Assembly: GCA_028865345.1 (NCBI GenBank)
Contig: JAGWKL010000006.1
Span: 2,724 to 66,723 of the forward strand
DNA length: 64,000 nucleotides
Direction of reading: 5' to 3'
DNA from: Candidatus Omnitrophota bacterium
GTDB lineage: Bacteria; Omnitrophota; Gorgyraeia; Zapsychrales; Fredricksoniimonadaceae
The position numbers and the translations under genes are program-made. Under the pieces are notes generated by a model. That model worked only from the letters and a program-made list of their open reading frames with translations. It was not told where the DNA came from and ran no database searches. Positions 18,259-27,395 of this stretch are shown here, in pieces (the stretch's first letter is position 1; the number at the start of each line of letters is the position of its first letter).

Positions 18259-19214
18259 TGCAGGAACAAATCATCCAATTTTTAAAAGAAAGCGACGGAT
18301 ATATTTCCGGCGAGGAGATAAGCGTCAAGCTTAAGATCTCGCGTGCCGCCATCTGGAAGCACATGCAGGAATTGCGCGCCGAAGGATATGAGATCGCCGC
18401 GGTGCCCCATTTGGGTTACCGGCTGGTGGTCTGTCCGGATAAATTGTTGAGTTACGAGATCACCTCCGGCCTGGGCACCAGGACGATCGGCAGACAGGTG
18501 GTAGTCCTGGACACGGTGATCTCCACCATGGATGAAGCTTTCCGGATGGGCATGGATAATTGCCCCGAGGGCGCCGTGGTCTGCGCGGAAGCCCAATCCA
18601 AAGGCCGTGGCCGGCTGGGCCGCGCGTGGAGTTCGCCCAAAGGAAAAGGGCTGTATTTCTCTGTGGTGCTGAGGCCCCAAGTGCCGCTCAATCAATTGGC
18701 GCAGTTGACATTGATGTCGGCCGTGGCCCTGGCCGAGGCCATTGAAACGACCAGCGGCCTTAAGGTGCTTATTAAATGGCCCAATGATATCCTTTTTGAA
18801 AGCCATAAGCTGGCGGGGATTTTGACCGAGTTGCGCGCCGAATCCGACCAGGTCAAATTTGTGGTCCTCGGCATCGGCCTCAATGTCAATTCATCTTTGA
18901 ATCAACTGGCCCCGCAGGCGACCTCCCTGAAGCTGGCCGCAGGACGCAGCTTCAACAGGACGCAGGTCCTCCAGGCTGTATTACGTTGCCTGGATAAGGG
19001 ATACGCGAGGCTTTTGCGCCATGAGTGGCCCACGATCATGCAGGAATGGCTGAAGCACAGCGCCACCATCAACAAGCGTGTGCGGATCACCGATGCCGCC
19101 GGTACCGTCGAGGGTGAGGCCGTTGACCTGGACGGGGACGGCGCCCTTTTGATCCGCAAGGACAACGGTCTTGTCGTCAGGAAAACTGCGGGGGACATTT
19201 TTCTGCTGCGATGA
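18255..19214 (+). CDS. birA: Bifunctional biotin ligase/repressor BirA
   Basis: N-terminal wHTH SGEEIS..L.ISRAAIWKH; Q.KGRGRLGR.W.SP, KWPND, KLAGIL. Confidence 0.95.
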   Translation: MMQEQIIQFLKESDGYISGEEISVKLKISRAAIWKHMQELRAEGYEIAAVPHLGYRLVVCPDKLLSYEITSGLGTRTIGRQVVVLDTVISTMDEAFRMGMDNCPEGAVVCAEAQSKGRGRLGRAWSSPKGKGLYFSVVLRPQVPLNQLAQLTLMSAVALAEAIETTSGLKVLIKWPNDILFESHKLAGILTELRAESDQVKFVVLGIGLNVNSSLNQLAPQATSLKLAAGRSFNRTQVLQAVLRCLDKGYARLLRHEWPTIMQEWLKHSATINKRVRITDAAGTVEGEAVDLDGDGALLIRKDNGLVVRKTAGDIFLLR

Positions 19215-20362
19215 ACATGGATTTCCTACAAAAAGAACTGCAGGACATCGACGCTTTGGGATTAAGGCGGTCGTTGAAAATATTGGAAGGCCCTCAAGGG
19301 CGGTCCGTTTCCATCGACGGCAGGCAGGTGTCGAATTTTTGTTCCAATGATTATTTGGGTCTGGCCGGCGACCGCCGCATCAGGCTCGCCGCGATCAGGA
19401 CAATCGAAGAATATGGTTTCGGCTCGGGTGCCTCCAGGTTGATATGCGGCAATATGGGGCCGCATGAACAGTTGGAAGAAGAATTGGCGGCCTTCAAGGG
19501 CACGGAAAGCGCCTTGGCCTATTCCAGCGGCTATATGGCCAACACCGGCATCATCCCGGCATTGATGGACCGCCATGCGGCCGTGTTCAGCGATAAATTG
19601 AACCACGCTTCCATTATCGACGGGATCATTCTGAGCCGGGCCCGATTGTTGAGATACCCGCACCTCGATATGCAGGCGCTGGAGGGCATGTTAAAGACTT
19701 GTCCTGCCGGAGGGCGCAAACTCATTGTGACGGACACGGTTTTCAGCATGGACGGGGACAGGGCGCCGCTGAAAGAGATCGTTGGTTTGGGCCGCCGTTA
19801 CGGGGCCCTGGTCATGGTCGACGAGGCGCATGCCTTTGGGGTATTGGGGGAACACGGCGGAGGATTGGCCGAGGAGCTTGGAATTGTCCATGACGTGGAC
19901 ATTCAGATGGGCACCCTGTCCAAGGCCGCGGGATGTTTCGGCGCCTATGTTTGCGGGACAAAAATTTTACGGGAATACTTGATCAACAAAAGCCGCAGTT
20001 TTATTTATACGACGGGCATGCCGCCGGCCCTGGCCGGGGCGGCGCGCGCGGCGGTGCAGATCATCCGTCTAGACGGTTCGTTGCGCCGCAGGCTGCAGGC
20101 CAACTCGGATCACCTGCATGAGCGCTTAAAAGCCATGGGATTTGATGTGATGGGTTCCACCACGCCCATTATCCCTATATTGGTCAAAGATCCGGCGGCG
20201 GCCAAGGCCATGTCCTTGCGGTTGTTGGAGCAGGGGATGCTGGTGCAGGCCATACGGCCCCCAACGGTGCCGACAGGCACCTCGCGCTTAAGGCTGACCG
20301 TGACCGCCGGTCACGACCGGGAGGATTTGGACCGCCTGTTGGCCGCATTCAGGGGTTTATAA
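19211..20362 (+). CDS. bioF: 8-amino-7-oxononanoate synthase
   Basis: FCSNDYLGL, GSGASRL, NHASIIDG, VDEAH, GTLSKA, IRPPTVP. Confidence 0.95.
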   Translation: MNMDFLQKELQDIDALGLRRSLKILEGPQGRSVSIDGRQVSNFCSNDYLGLAGDRRIRLAAIRTIEEYGFGSGASRLICGNMGPHEQLEEELAAFKGTESALAYSSGYMANTGIIPALMDRHAAVFSDKLNHASIIDGIILSRARLLRYPHLDMQALEGMLKTCPAGGRKLIVTDTVFSMDGDRAPLKEIVGLGRRYGALVMVDEAHAFGVLGEHGGGLAEELGIVHDVDIQMGTLSKAAGCFGAYVCGTKILREYLINKSRSFIYTTGMPPALAGAARAAVQIIRLDGSLRRRLQANSDHLHERLKAMGFDVMGSTTPIIPILVKDPAAAKAMSLRLLEQGMLVQAIRPPTVPTGTSRLRLTVTAGHDREDLDRLLAAFRGL

Positions 20363-20364
20363 AC

Positions 20365-21165
20365 ATGGCTTTTTTTAAAACGCAAAGAGGGCTTGACTGG
20401 CATTATGAAATTTCCGGTAGCGGCGAGCCTGTCGTGATGGTCCATGGCCTGGGGGCTTCGGGGCGCATCTGGCAGGCCCAAAGGGATTTTTTGCACACGG
20501 ATTTTCAGGTGCTGACGGTGGATTTGCCCGGCCATGGCCGCAGCGGCTGGATGCCGGTGAGCTTGACGGAAATGGCCGGGGATATCCGCCAAATCCTTCA
20601 GAGCCTCGACGTCACGCAATTTTCATTGGCGGCCTCATCCATGGGAGGACTGGTGGCCCTGGAGCTTTACCGGATGGCCCCCCAGGACGTCATGCGCATG
20701 TCTTTGGTTGGGTCCGTTCCCAAATTTGCCAAAGGGCCCGGCTATCCGGCGGGCCTGGATCTTGAGAAGATCCGCACCCTGGGCCGTCAATTCGACGGAG
20801 ATTATGCCTTGATGCTGGATGTTTTTTTCCGTTCCCTGTTTACCATGAAGGAACGCCGGTGCGAACGTTTTAAATGGGTGAAGGCCCTGCGCGGCAAAGA
20901 ACCTTTGCCCCGAAGGGAGGCATTGAAATATTTCCTGGATATTTTGGAACAAGCGGACCTGCGCGACCGCCTTGCCTCGGTGATCTGCCCGTTGCAGTTT
21001 ATCACCGGGACGGAGGACTATATCTGCCCGCGTGCCATCATGGATTGGATGTCCGGGCACACGCATAATGCCAGGTTCGATTTCATCGAGGCCGGCGGGC
21101 ATTTGCCGTTTTTGGTGGAAGCGGCGGAGTATAACCGTTTGTTGGAGGATTTCCTGCTTCATTAG
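20365..21165 (+). CDS. bioH: Alpha/beta hydrolase, probable pimeloyl-ACP methyl ester esterase
   Basis: VHGLG, DLPGHG, ASSMGG nucleophile elbow, GHLPF; between bioF and bioC. Confidence 0.8.
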   Translation: MAFFKTQRGLDWHYEISGSGEPVVMVHGLGASGRIWQAQRDFLHTDFQVLTVDLPGHGRSGWMPVSLTEMAGDIRQILQSLDVTQFSLAASSMGGLVALELYRMAPQDVMRMSLVGSVPKFAKGPGYPAGLDLEKIRTLGRQFDGDYALMLDVFFRSLFTMKERRCERFKWVKALRGKEPLPRREALKYFLDILEQADLRDRLASVICPLQFITGTEDYICPRAIMDWMSGHTHNARFDFIEAGGHLPFLVEAAEYNRLLEDFLLH

Positions 21166-21167
21166 AT

Positions 21168-21941
21168 ATGATTCCGGCCATCGACAGTAAAATACGGCGG
21201 AGATTCGATGCTTCAGCCGGGCGGTATGACCGCTATACGACGCTGCATCGTCAGATCGCGGAGAGGCTTTTGAGCCGCGTGACCAAGATGCCTGCGCCAA
21301 AAATCTGCCTTGACGTGGGCTGCGGCACCGGCTATTTGACGCGCAGGCTTAAGGACTGCTTTCCCCAAAGTGAAATCACCGGCCTTGATTTTGCTCAAGG
21401 GATGCTCGAGGCGGCACGTGTCCAAAATCCCGGTATCGCCTGGATCTTGGCCGACAGCCGCCGTCTGCCTTTTTCCGACGGGCATTTCGATGCCCTGGTC
21501 TCTAATTTGGCCTATCAATGGGCCGCGGACCTTCCGCAGGCCTTTGGCGAGGCGCGCCGGGTATTGGCGTCCGGGGGAATTCTGGCCTGCACCCTTTTTG
21601 GATTTCAGACCTGCCGGGAATTGTTCGAATCATTGGACCAGGCGAAAGCGGGGCAGTTGCAGTTTGCCAGGCTGCCGGACACAAACCAGGTCCGTGAAGC
21701 ATTGACGCTCGGCGGATTCCGAGAGCCCGGCGTTGACAGGGAAGAAATCAAAATTACGTTTAAAGGCATGCATGAGTTGATGCTTTGGCTCAAGGCCGTC
21801 GGCGCCAACAATCTTTTACAGGAAGGTTATCTGGGACCCGAGGCTTTGTTGCGGGCTGCGGCTATTTATAAAGAGAAATTTTCCAATCAACAGGGCGTTG
21901 AGTCCACCTTTGAGGTGATTTGGGTCCATGCTCAAAAATAA
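21168..21941 (+). CDS. bioC: Malonyl-ACP O-methyltransferase
   Basis: F..SA.RYD, LDVGCGTG, SNLAYQW, LKAVGA. Confidence 0.88.
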   Translation: MIPAIDSKIRRRFDASAGRYDRYTTLHRQIAERLLSRVTKMPAPKICLDVGCGTGYLTRRLKDCFPQSEITGLDFAQGMLEAARVQNPGIAWILADSRRLPFSDGHFDALVSNLAYQWAADLPQAFGEARRVLASGGILACTLFGFQTCRELFESLDQAKAGQLQFARLPDTNQVREALTLGGFREPGVDREEIKITFKGMHELMLWLKAVGANNLLQEGYLGPEALLRAAAIYKEKFSNQQGVESTFEVIWVHAQK

Positions 21942-22596
21942 GGTCATTTTTATAACGGCGACGGACACGGGAGCGGGCAAGACGGCCACGTCCTACGTGC
22001 TGGGCGTTTTGTTGCGCAGGCGGGGATATGATGTGGGCATCATGAAGCCTGTCCAGTGTGCAGGCAGGGACGCCCAATTCCTGAAAAAGGCCTTGGGCCT
22101 CGACGACGATTTGAAAACCATCAACCCTTTCTGTGCGCCGGAGCCGTTATCCCCCCATCTGGCGTTTCGGCGCGCGAAGATCACATTTGACAAGCGGCGC
22201 CTGAAGGATTGCTTGAAGATGTTGTGCGCGCGGCATGAAGTGGTCCTGGTGGAAGGCGCCGGAGGCCTGATGGTGCCGATCACCGATTCATATTATACTG
22301 CGGACTTGATCGCTGATTTGAAAGCGGAGGTGGTCATTGTTTCCCGTCTCGGGCTTGGCACCATCAACCATACCCTGCTGACCATTCGTGAAATCAAAAG
22401 GCGCGCGATCAAGATATCAGGCATCATATTTTGCCAGACCAGGCCCGCTCCAAAAGGGGTGCCGGAAAGCACCAATCCGCGGGAAATCGAAAGATTGTCC
22501 GGTGTCAGGGTGCTGGGGACGATCCCGTATTTAAAGCCATTGGACCGGGCGAACATTTTACGCCGATGTCGAAATCTTAAGCTGACTGATTTATAA
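21928..22596 (+). CDS. bioD: Dethiobiotin synthetase
   Basis: TDTGAGKT, MKPVQ, VEGAGGLMVP, LGTINHTLL. Confidence 0.95.
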   Translation: MLKNKVIFITATDTGAGKTATSYVLGVLLRRRGYDVGIMKPVQCAGRDAQFLKKALGLDDDLKTINPFCAPEPLSPHLAFRRAKITFDKRRLKDCLKMLCARHEVVLVEGAGGLMVPITDSYYTADLIADLKAEVVIVSRLGLGTINHTLLTIREIKRRAIKISGIIFCQTRPAPKGVPESTNPREIERLSGVRVLGTIPYLKPLDRANILRRCRNLKLTDL

Positions 22597-22642
22597 GAGA
22601 TATGCATACGTAAAAGTTGAAGTAGTCATTTTGTTTGATTGT

Positions 22643-22803
22643 ATGTTCGGCCATTGTATTTTCCGAGCAGGCAGTAGAGGGCCGATTTGGCAAGGTCCGC
22701 CTGCAGCTTTTTCCATACGGCGGCAAATCGGCCCGGGCCCTAGCGAAGACGCGCCGCTGGGCGCGGCGAGCGTGCCTGCGAGGGAAATACAATGGCCGAA
22801 TAT
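22643..22803 (+). repeat. Structured intergenic repeat, copy 1 (MITE/REP-like or ncRNA)
   Basis: Closing stem 22643-22664/22782-22803 enclosing nested stems; near-identical to 39872-40031. Confidence 0.85.
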
Positions 22804-22847
22804 CAAGAGCGAGAAGAATAAGTTTATCCCTATAAAGGGCACATTTT

Positions 22848-24128
22848 ATGAAGAACCGCAGGGCTTATTTAAAGCAATGGGACAAGAAGTACGTATGGCA
22901 TCCCTTTACCCAGATGAAAGACTGGCTGAAGGACGAGCCGTTGGTCATCGATTCCGCCGACGGGATCTATCTCAAAGACATTGACGGCAACGCCTACATG
23001 GACGGCGTCTCCTCCCTGTGGGTCAATGTCCACGGCCACCGCCATCCGCACATCGATGCCGCGCTTAAAAAGCAGGTCGATCGCTTAAGCCATTCGACGC
23101 TTCTGGGATTGGCCAATACACCGTCGATAGAACTGGCCAGACGCCTGGCAGGCATCGCGCCCAGGGGGTTGAAAAAGGTATTTTATTCCGATAACGGCTC
23201 CACCGCCGTTGAAATCGCCCTCAAGATGGCATATCAGTATTGGCAAAATAAGGCCAAGAAAAACAAGACCGCGATGGTCCATTTGAGCCATTCTTACCAT
23301 GGGGACACCCTCGGGTCGGTCAGCGTGGGGGGGATCGACCTGTTCCATAAAGTTTACCGTAAGATTATTTTTAAGACAATCGCTCTCGAGGGCCATGGAT
23401 GGGATGCGGTCGAAAATTTGGAAAAACTGCTGAGGGTCCGAGGCCGGCGTATCGCGGCCCTCGTGGTGGAGCCGTTGGTCCAGGGCGCGGCCGGCATGCT
23501 GGTGTGGCCCCAAGGCGCCCTGAAAAAAATGCGGCAGCTGACACAAAAATATGATGTTTTGCTTATTGCCGATGAGGTGGCCACCGGGTTCGGCCGCACG
23601 GGAAAAATGTTCGCCTGCCAGCATGAGGGCGTCAGCCCGGATTTTCTGTGCCTGGCCAAAGGGTTGACCGGCGGATATCTGCCTTTGGCCGCCACCCTGA
23701 CGACCCAAAAAATCTATGACGGTTTCCTTTTTGACTATAAAGAATACAAGACCTTTTTCCATGGGCACACGTATACGGGCAATCCTTTGGCTTGTGCCGC
23801 GGCCCTGGCCAATCTCGAGGTCTTTCAAAAGGAACGCACCTTGGAAAAGCTCGGCCCCAAGATAAAATTCTTAGGGAAAAAGCTGAAAATGTATTATAAT
23901 TTGCCGCTTGTCGCCGGGGTGCGCCAGGAAGGGTTCATGGCGGCCATTGAGCTTAAAGGAAATCCGGATGACCGCCTGGGCGCCCGGGTCTGCCGGGGCG
24001 TACGCAAGTACGGGGTCATTTTAAGGCCTTTGGGCAATGTGGTTGTGTTGATGCCGCCCTTGGCCATCTCCGCTGAAGAATTGGACTATTTGCTGGCGGC
24101 CGTTTTCAGGGCCATTGAAGAATTATGA
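22848..24128 (+). CDS. bioA: Adenosylmethionine-8-amino-7-oxononanoate aminotransferase
   Basis: VWHPFTQM, SSLWVNVHGH, YHGDT.G, ADEVATGFGRTG, AKGLTGGYLP, HGHTYTGNP. Confidence 0.96.
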   Translation: MKNRRAYLKQWDKKYVWHPFTQMKDWLKDEPLVIDSADGIYLKDIDGNAYMDGVSSLWVNVHGHRHPHIDAALKKQVDRLSHSTLLGLANTPSIELARRLAGIAPRGLKKVFYSDNGSTAVEIALKMAYQYWQNKAKKNKTAMVHLSHSYHGDTLGSVSVGGIDLFHKVYRKIIFKTIALEGHGWDAVENLEKLLRVRGRRIAALVVEPLVQGAAGMLVWPQGALKKMRQLTQKYDVLLIADEVATGFGRTGKMFACQHEGVSPDFLCLAKGLTGGYLPLAATLTTQKIYDGFLFDYKEYKTFFHGHTYTGNPLACAAALANLEVFQKERTLEKLGPKIKFLGKKLKMYYNLPLVAGVRQEGFMAAIELKGNPDDRLGARVCRGVRKYGVILRPLGNVVVLMPPLAISAEELDYLLAAVFRAIEEL

Positions 24129-25252
24129 AGAACAATAGAGACATAACGGTTTATGTGGCCATGAGCGGAGGGGTGGACTCGTCCGTCGTGGCCGGACTCG
24201 TCAAGGAAGCCGGGTATAATACCGTCGGCGTGACCATGTGCTTTAACATCACCCACAACGACGGCCGGGCGTCCTGTTGCGGCGTTGACGGCATTGCCGA
24301 TGCCAAGCGCGCGGCCGACATCCTGGACATCCCCCATTACGTGTTCAATTTTGCCGCGGACATCAATGACTATATCATCGATAATTTTACCGACGAGTAT
24401 CTCAACGGACGCACGCCCAATCCCTGCGTGCGTTGCAACCAGCATTTGAAATTCGGCACCCTTTATCAGAAGGTCAGGCATTTGGGCGCGGAGTTCCTGG
24501 CCACCGGCCATTATGCCAGGATAGAATTTAACGGCGCGCGCCGTTGCCACGAGTTGAAAAAGGCCATTGATCCCAAAAAAGACCAGTCTTATTTTTTATA
24601 TAGCATGGCCAGAGAGACCCTGCCGTCCGTGATGTTTCCCCTGGGCAACCTCACCAAGCCGCAGGTCAGAGACCTCGCGCGCAGATTTTCCCTTAACACC
24701 GCCGAGAAACCGGAAAGCCAGGACATCTGTTTTGTGCCGGCCAGCGGTTATAAGAAGTTCATCGCAGAGAGGGTAGGCCCTCAAGCCATGGTCCCGGGGC
24801 CATTCATCGATGAAACAGGCAAGGTCATCGGCCAACACAAGGGCCTTGCCCATTATACCATCGGCCAGCGCGATCAATTGGGGCTGGCCATGGGCTATCC
24901 GGTTTATGTTTACAAAATGGACCGCGCCGCCAATGCCGTGCATGTCGGCAATCTCCGGAAGCTTTATGCCGGAGGGCTGAAGGCCGGCAGCATGAATTGG
25001 GTGGGCGGAGAAATTCCTAAAAGAACCATAGAAGTCCATGCCCGAATCCGTTATAATTCTCCTGAAGCCAAAGCTTACTTGACACCCATGACAGGGGGCG
25101 GGGTGGAGGTGCGGTTTGCCCGGCCCCAGAAGTCCGTCACTCCCGGCCAATCCGTGGTCTTTTACGACGGGGACGTGGTGCTGGGAGGGGCCGTTATCGA
25201 CGAGGCCCTGGTCTGCCCGGATGAAGAACTGGTTTTGGCTGATATCCTATAA
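24125..25252 (+). CDS. mnmA: tRNA 2-thiouridylase MnmA
   Basis: AMSGGVDSS, TPNPCVRCN, ATGHYA, KDQSYFL, SQDICF, YTIGQR, TPGQ. Confidence 0.96.
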   Translation: MKNNRDITVYVAMSGGVDSSVVAGLVKEAGYNTVGVTMCFNITHNDGRASCCGVDGIADAKRAADILDIPHYVFNFAADINDYIIDNFTDEYLNGRTPNPCVRCNQHLKFGTLYQKVRHLGAEFLATGHYARIEFNGARRCHELKKAIDPKKDQSYFLYSMARETLPSVMFPLGNLTKPQVRDLARRFSLNTAEKPESQDICFVPASGYKKFIAERVGPQAMVPGPFIDETGKVIGQHKGLAHYTIGQRDQLGLAMGYPVYVYKMDRAANAVHVGNLRKLYAGGLKAGSMNWVGGEIPKRTIEVHARIRYNSPEAKAYLTPMTGGGVEVRFARPQKSVTPGQSVVFYDGDVVLGGAVIDEALVCPDEELVLADIL

Positions 25253-25267
25253 GGAGAAACTTGTCCT

Positions 25268-25972
25268 ATGAAAATCACTATCGGCCTTTTGGCATTATTC
25301 ATGGCGGCATCCCCATGGTGCTTTGCCCAGTCCGTCATCAATCCCGCCCGCCTTTATGAACAAGCCAGGGGCACCCAATCCCCGGTGGACGGCGTCTGGC
25401 ATGTGTACGACCGCAACGGGCATTTGTTGAGGGAAGAGAACTACCAGAATTACAGGCTCAACGGGCCGATGAAAATTTTTTACCCTTCCGGCGCCCTGAA
25501 AGAACTGCTGTATTATTCCGACGGCCTGCGCCAGGGAGATGACAAGGCGTATTACGAAAATGGGGGCCTTGAATTTGAGGATAATTATGACGACAATGAC
25601 CTCAACGGCCCCAGCGTGCATTATTACGATACCGGCGAGGTCAAAAGCCGCGAACATTATACCGACGGTAAATTGGACGGGGAAAGGACCGTCTTATATA
25701 AAGACGGCATGGTCAAACAGAGCATGTATTATATCGCCGGCCGGCTTGACGGGGCCGTTGACACCTATGCGGAAGATGGAAAGATCTTAGTCGAAGAGCT
25801 TTATATCAAAGGGAATCTAGTGGCCCACCATGACTACGGCCCCAAAGCCGCGGCAGCCAAAAACGGCATTGAAGCGAATGCCGCGCCGCCGACACCCAAT
25901 AATGCGCCTGCTCCGGCAGACATGCCTACCAAATTAGGCAATACCTCCAATTCTTCTTATGCTAACCCTTAA
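25268..25972 (+). CDS. Secreted MORN-variant repeat protein
   Basis: Signal peptide; repeated Y..G...G....YY.NG units; Pro/Asn tail. Confidence 0.8.
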   Translation: MKITIGLLALFMAASPWCFAQSVINPARLYEQARGTQSPVDGVWHVYDRNGHLLREENYQNYRLNGPMKIFYPSGALKELLYYSDGLRQGDDKAYYENGGLEFEDNYDDNDLNGPSVHYYDTGEVKSREHYTDGKLDGERTVLYKDGMVKQSMYYIAGRLDGAVDTYAEDGKILVEELYIKGNLVAHHDYGPKAAAAKNGIEANAAPPTPNNAPAPADMPTKLGNTSNSSYANP

Positions 25973-27227
25973 TACCCGACGTCTCGAAGGCTTTGTTGTG
26001 CCCGGCGAGCTTGATAAGATTTTTCCATCAGTGCTCAGGGCCCATGATTTCTTGCATAAGCATAACGGCCCCGGCGCCGGGTTTACCGGATGGCTTGAGC
26101 TGCCTTCCCGCATTCAGGATTCTTTTATCCAAGAGACCCTGTCCTTGGCCGCAGAGGTGCAAAGAGACTCGGAGGCCATTGTTTCCATCGGCATCGGAGG
26201 TTCCTATTTGGGGATACGGGCCACCGCCGAGTTTTTGGGAGGCGGGAAACTCCCCATTTATTATGCGGGGCACAACATCAGCAGCGATTATTTGCACCGG
26301 CTTCTGGATTCCCTGAAGGGCAAACGCACCACCGTTGTCGTCATTTCGAAATCAGGGACGACCACCGAGCCGGCCATCGCTTTCAGGGTCATAAAGAAGT
26401 TTCTTGAATGCCGGTACAACGGCGAAGAATTAAAAAAGCGGATCATCTGCGTTACCGACGAGAAGAAGGGCGCCCTGCGCAAGATCGCCGGCAGGGAAGG
26501 ATACCGCTGTTTTGTCATCCCCGATGATGTGGGGGGGCGCTATTCGGTATTGACTCCGGTGGGCCTGGTGCCGCTGGCCATGGCAGGGTTCGACATCGCA
26601 AGCCTGGTGGAAGGCGCAAGGAAAGCCCAGGCTGAATATGCGCTTTGTGATCTGGAGAAAAACGCCTGTTACCGTTATGCGGCCTTGCGCAATATCCTGT
26701 ATAGACAAGGCAAAAAGATCGAGGTGCTTGCATCTTTTTACCCGGAAGTTTTTTACGTGGCCGAATGGTTCAAACAACTTTTCGGCGAAAGCGAAGGCAA
26801 GCAGGGCCTGGGGATTTTCCCGGCGTCGCTGATCATGTCCACGGACCTGCATTCCATGGGCCAGTGGATGCAGGAAGCGGAACGCACGGTCTTCGAGACC
26901 TTTGTTGAGATCGACAAACCCCATAATGACGTGATCATTCCCGAAGACACAGAGGATTTGGACGGGTTTAATTATGTGGCCGGGAAAGGTTTTGATTTTG
27001 TGAATAAAAAGGCGTATGAAGCCACCAGCGCGGCCCACTTTGAAGGCGGCGTGCCCAACATGGCCATCACCCTATGCAAGGCCGATGCCCTCCATTTGGG
27101 GCATTTGTATTATTTTTTTGAGAAAGCCTGCGGGGTCTCGGGCTATATCCTCGGTGTGAACCCTTTTGACCAGCCTGGGGTGGAAGCTTACAAAAAAAAG
27201 ATGTTTGCCTTATTAGGTAAGCGATAG
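25959..27227 (+). CDS. pgi: Glucose-6-phosphate isomerase
   Basis: GIGGSYLG, ISKSGTTTEP, DVGGRYSV, QLFGESEGK, NPFDQPGVE.YK. Confidence 0.96.
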   Translation: MLTLNTRRLEGFVVPGELDKIFPSVLRAHDFLHKHNGPGAGFTGWLELPSRIQDSFIQETLSLAAEVQRDSEAIVSIGIGGSYLGIRATAEFLGGGKLPIYYAGHNISSDYLHRLLDSLKGKRTTVVVISKSGTTTEPAIAFRVIKKFLECRYNGEELKKRIICVTDEKKGALRKIAGREGYRCFVIPDDVGGRYSVLTPVGLVPLAMAGFDIASLVEGARKAQAEYALCDLEKNACYRYAALRNILYRQGKKIEVLASFYPEVFYVAEWFKQLFGESEGKQGLGIFPASLIMSTDLHSMGQWMQEAERTVFETFVEIDKPHNDVIIPEDTEDLDGFNYVAGKGFDFVNKKAYEATSAAHFEGGVPNMAITLCKADALHLGHLYYFFEKACGVSGYILGVNPFDQPGVEAYKKKMFALLGKR

Positions 27228-27229
27228 AA

Positions 27230-27320
27230 AGGCAAAACCCACGGACAAGTCAGCCGTGGGTCTTGTAAGGGGATAGGCCTTAGAATTGCTTTCGCTATCC
27301 TTAATGCCCTCCTTAATTTC
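27230..27320 (-). ncRNA. Candidate ~90-nt small RNA
   Basis: Minus-strand TTGCAT(27355-27350)-17-TATAGT(27332-27327) promoter and terminator hairpin ACCCACGG/CCGTGGGT (27237-27261) followed by T residues. Confidence 0.35.
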
Positions 27321-27395
27321 ATTTTAACTATACTACTAATTTCTTAAAAATGCAAATGGATGAAGATGGTGCAGGCGTTTGGGGCATAATAAGTT

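Noticed and set aside
22643-22803. Known riboswitch (SAM, lysine, purine, ZTP) before bioA or purM
   Set aside because: No consensus aptamer motif recognised, and the same element precedes unrelated pathways; a cmscan is needed to exclude this formally
22591-22984. Similar short ORFs at 22631 and 39852 (CIFRAGSRGPIW)
   Set aside because: The similarity comes from the non-coding repeat; frames diverge through indels while base-pairing is what is conserved
25268-25972. YwqK-type antitoxin label for the MORN-variant protein
   Set aside because: It has a signal peptide and no adjacent toxin
27231-27300. c-di-GMP-I riboswitch suggested by the GGCAAAACCC start
   Set aside because: Lacks the GAAA-capped P2 and the GACGCAAAG junction
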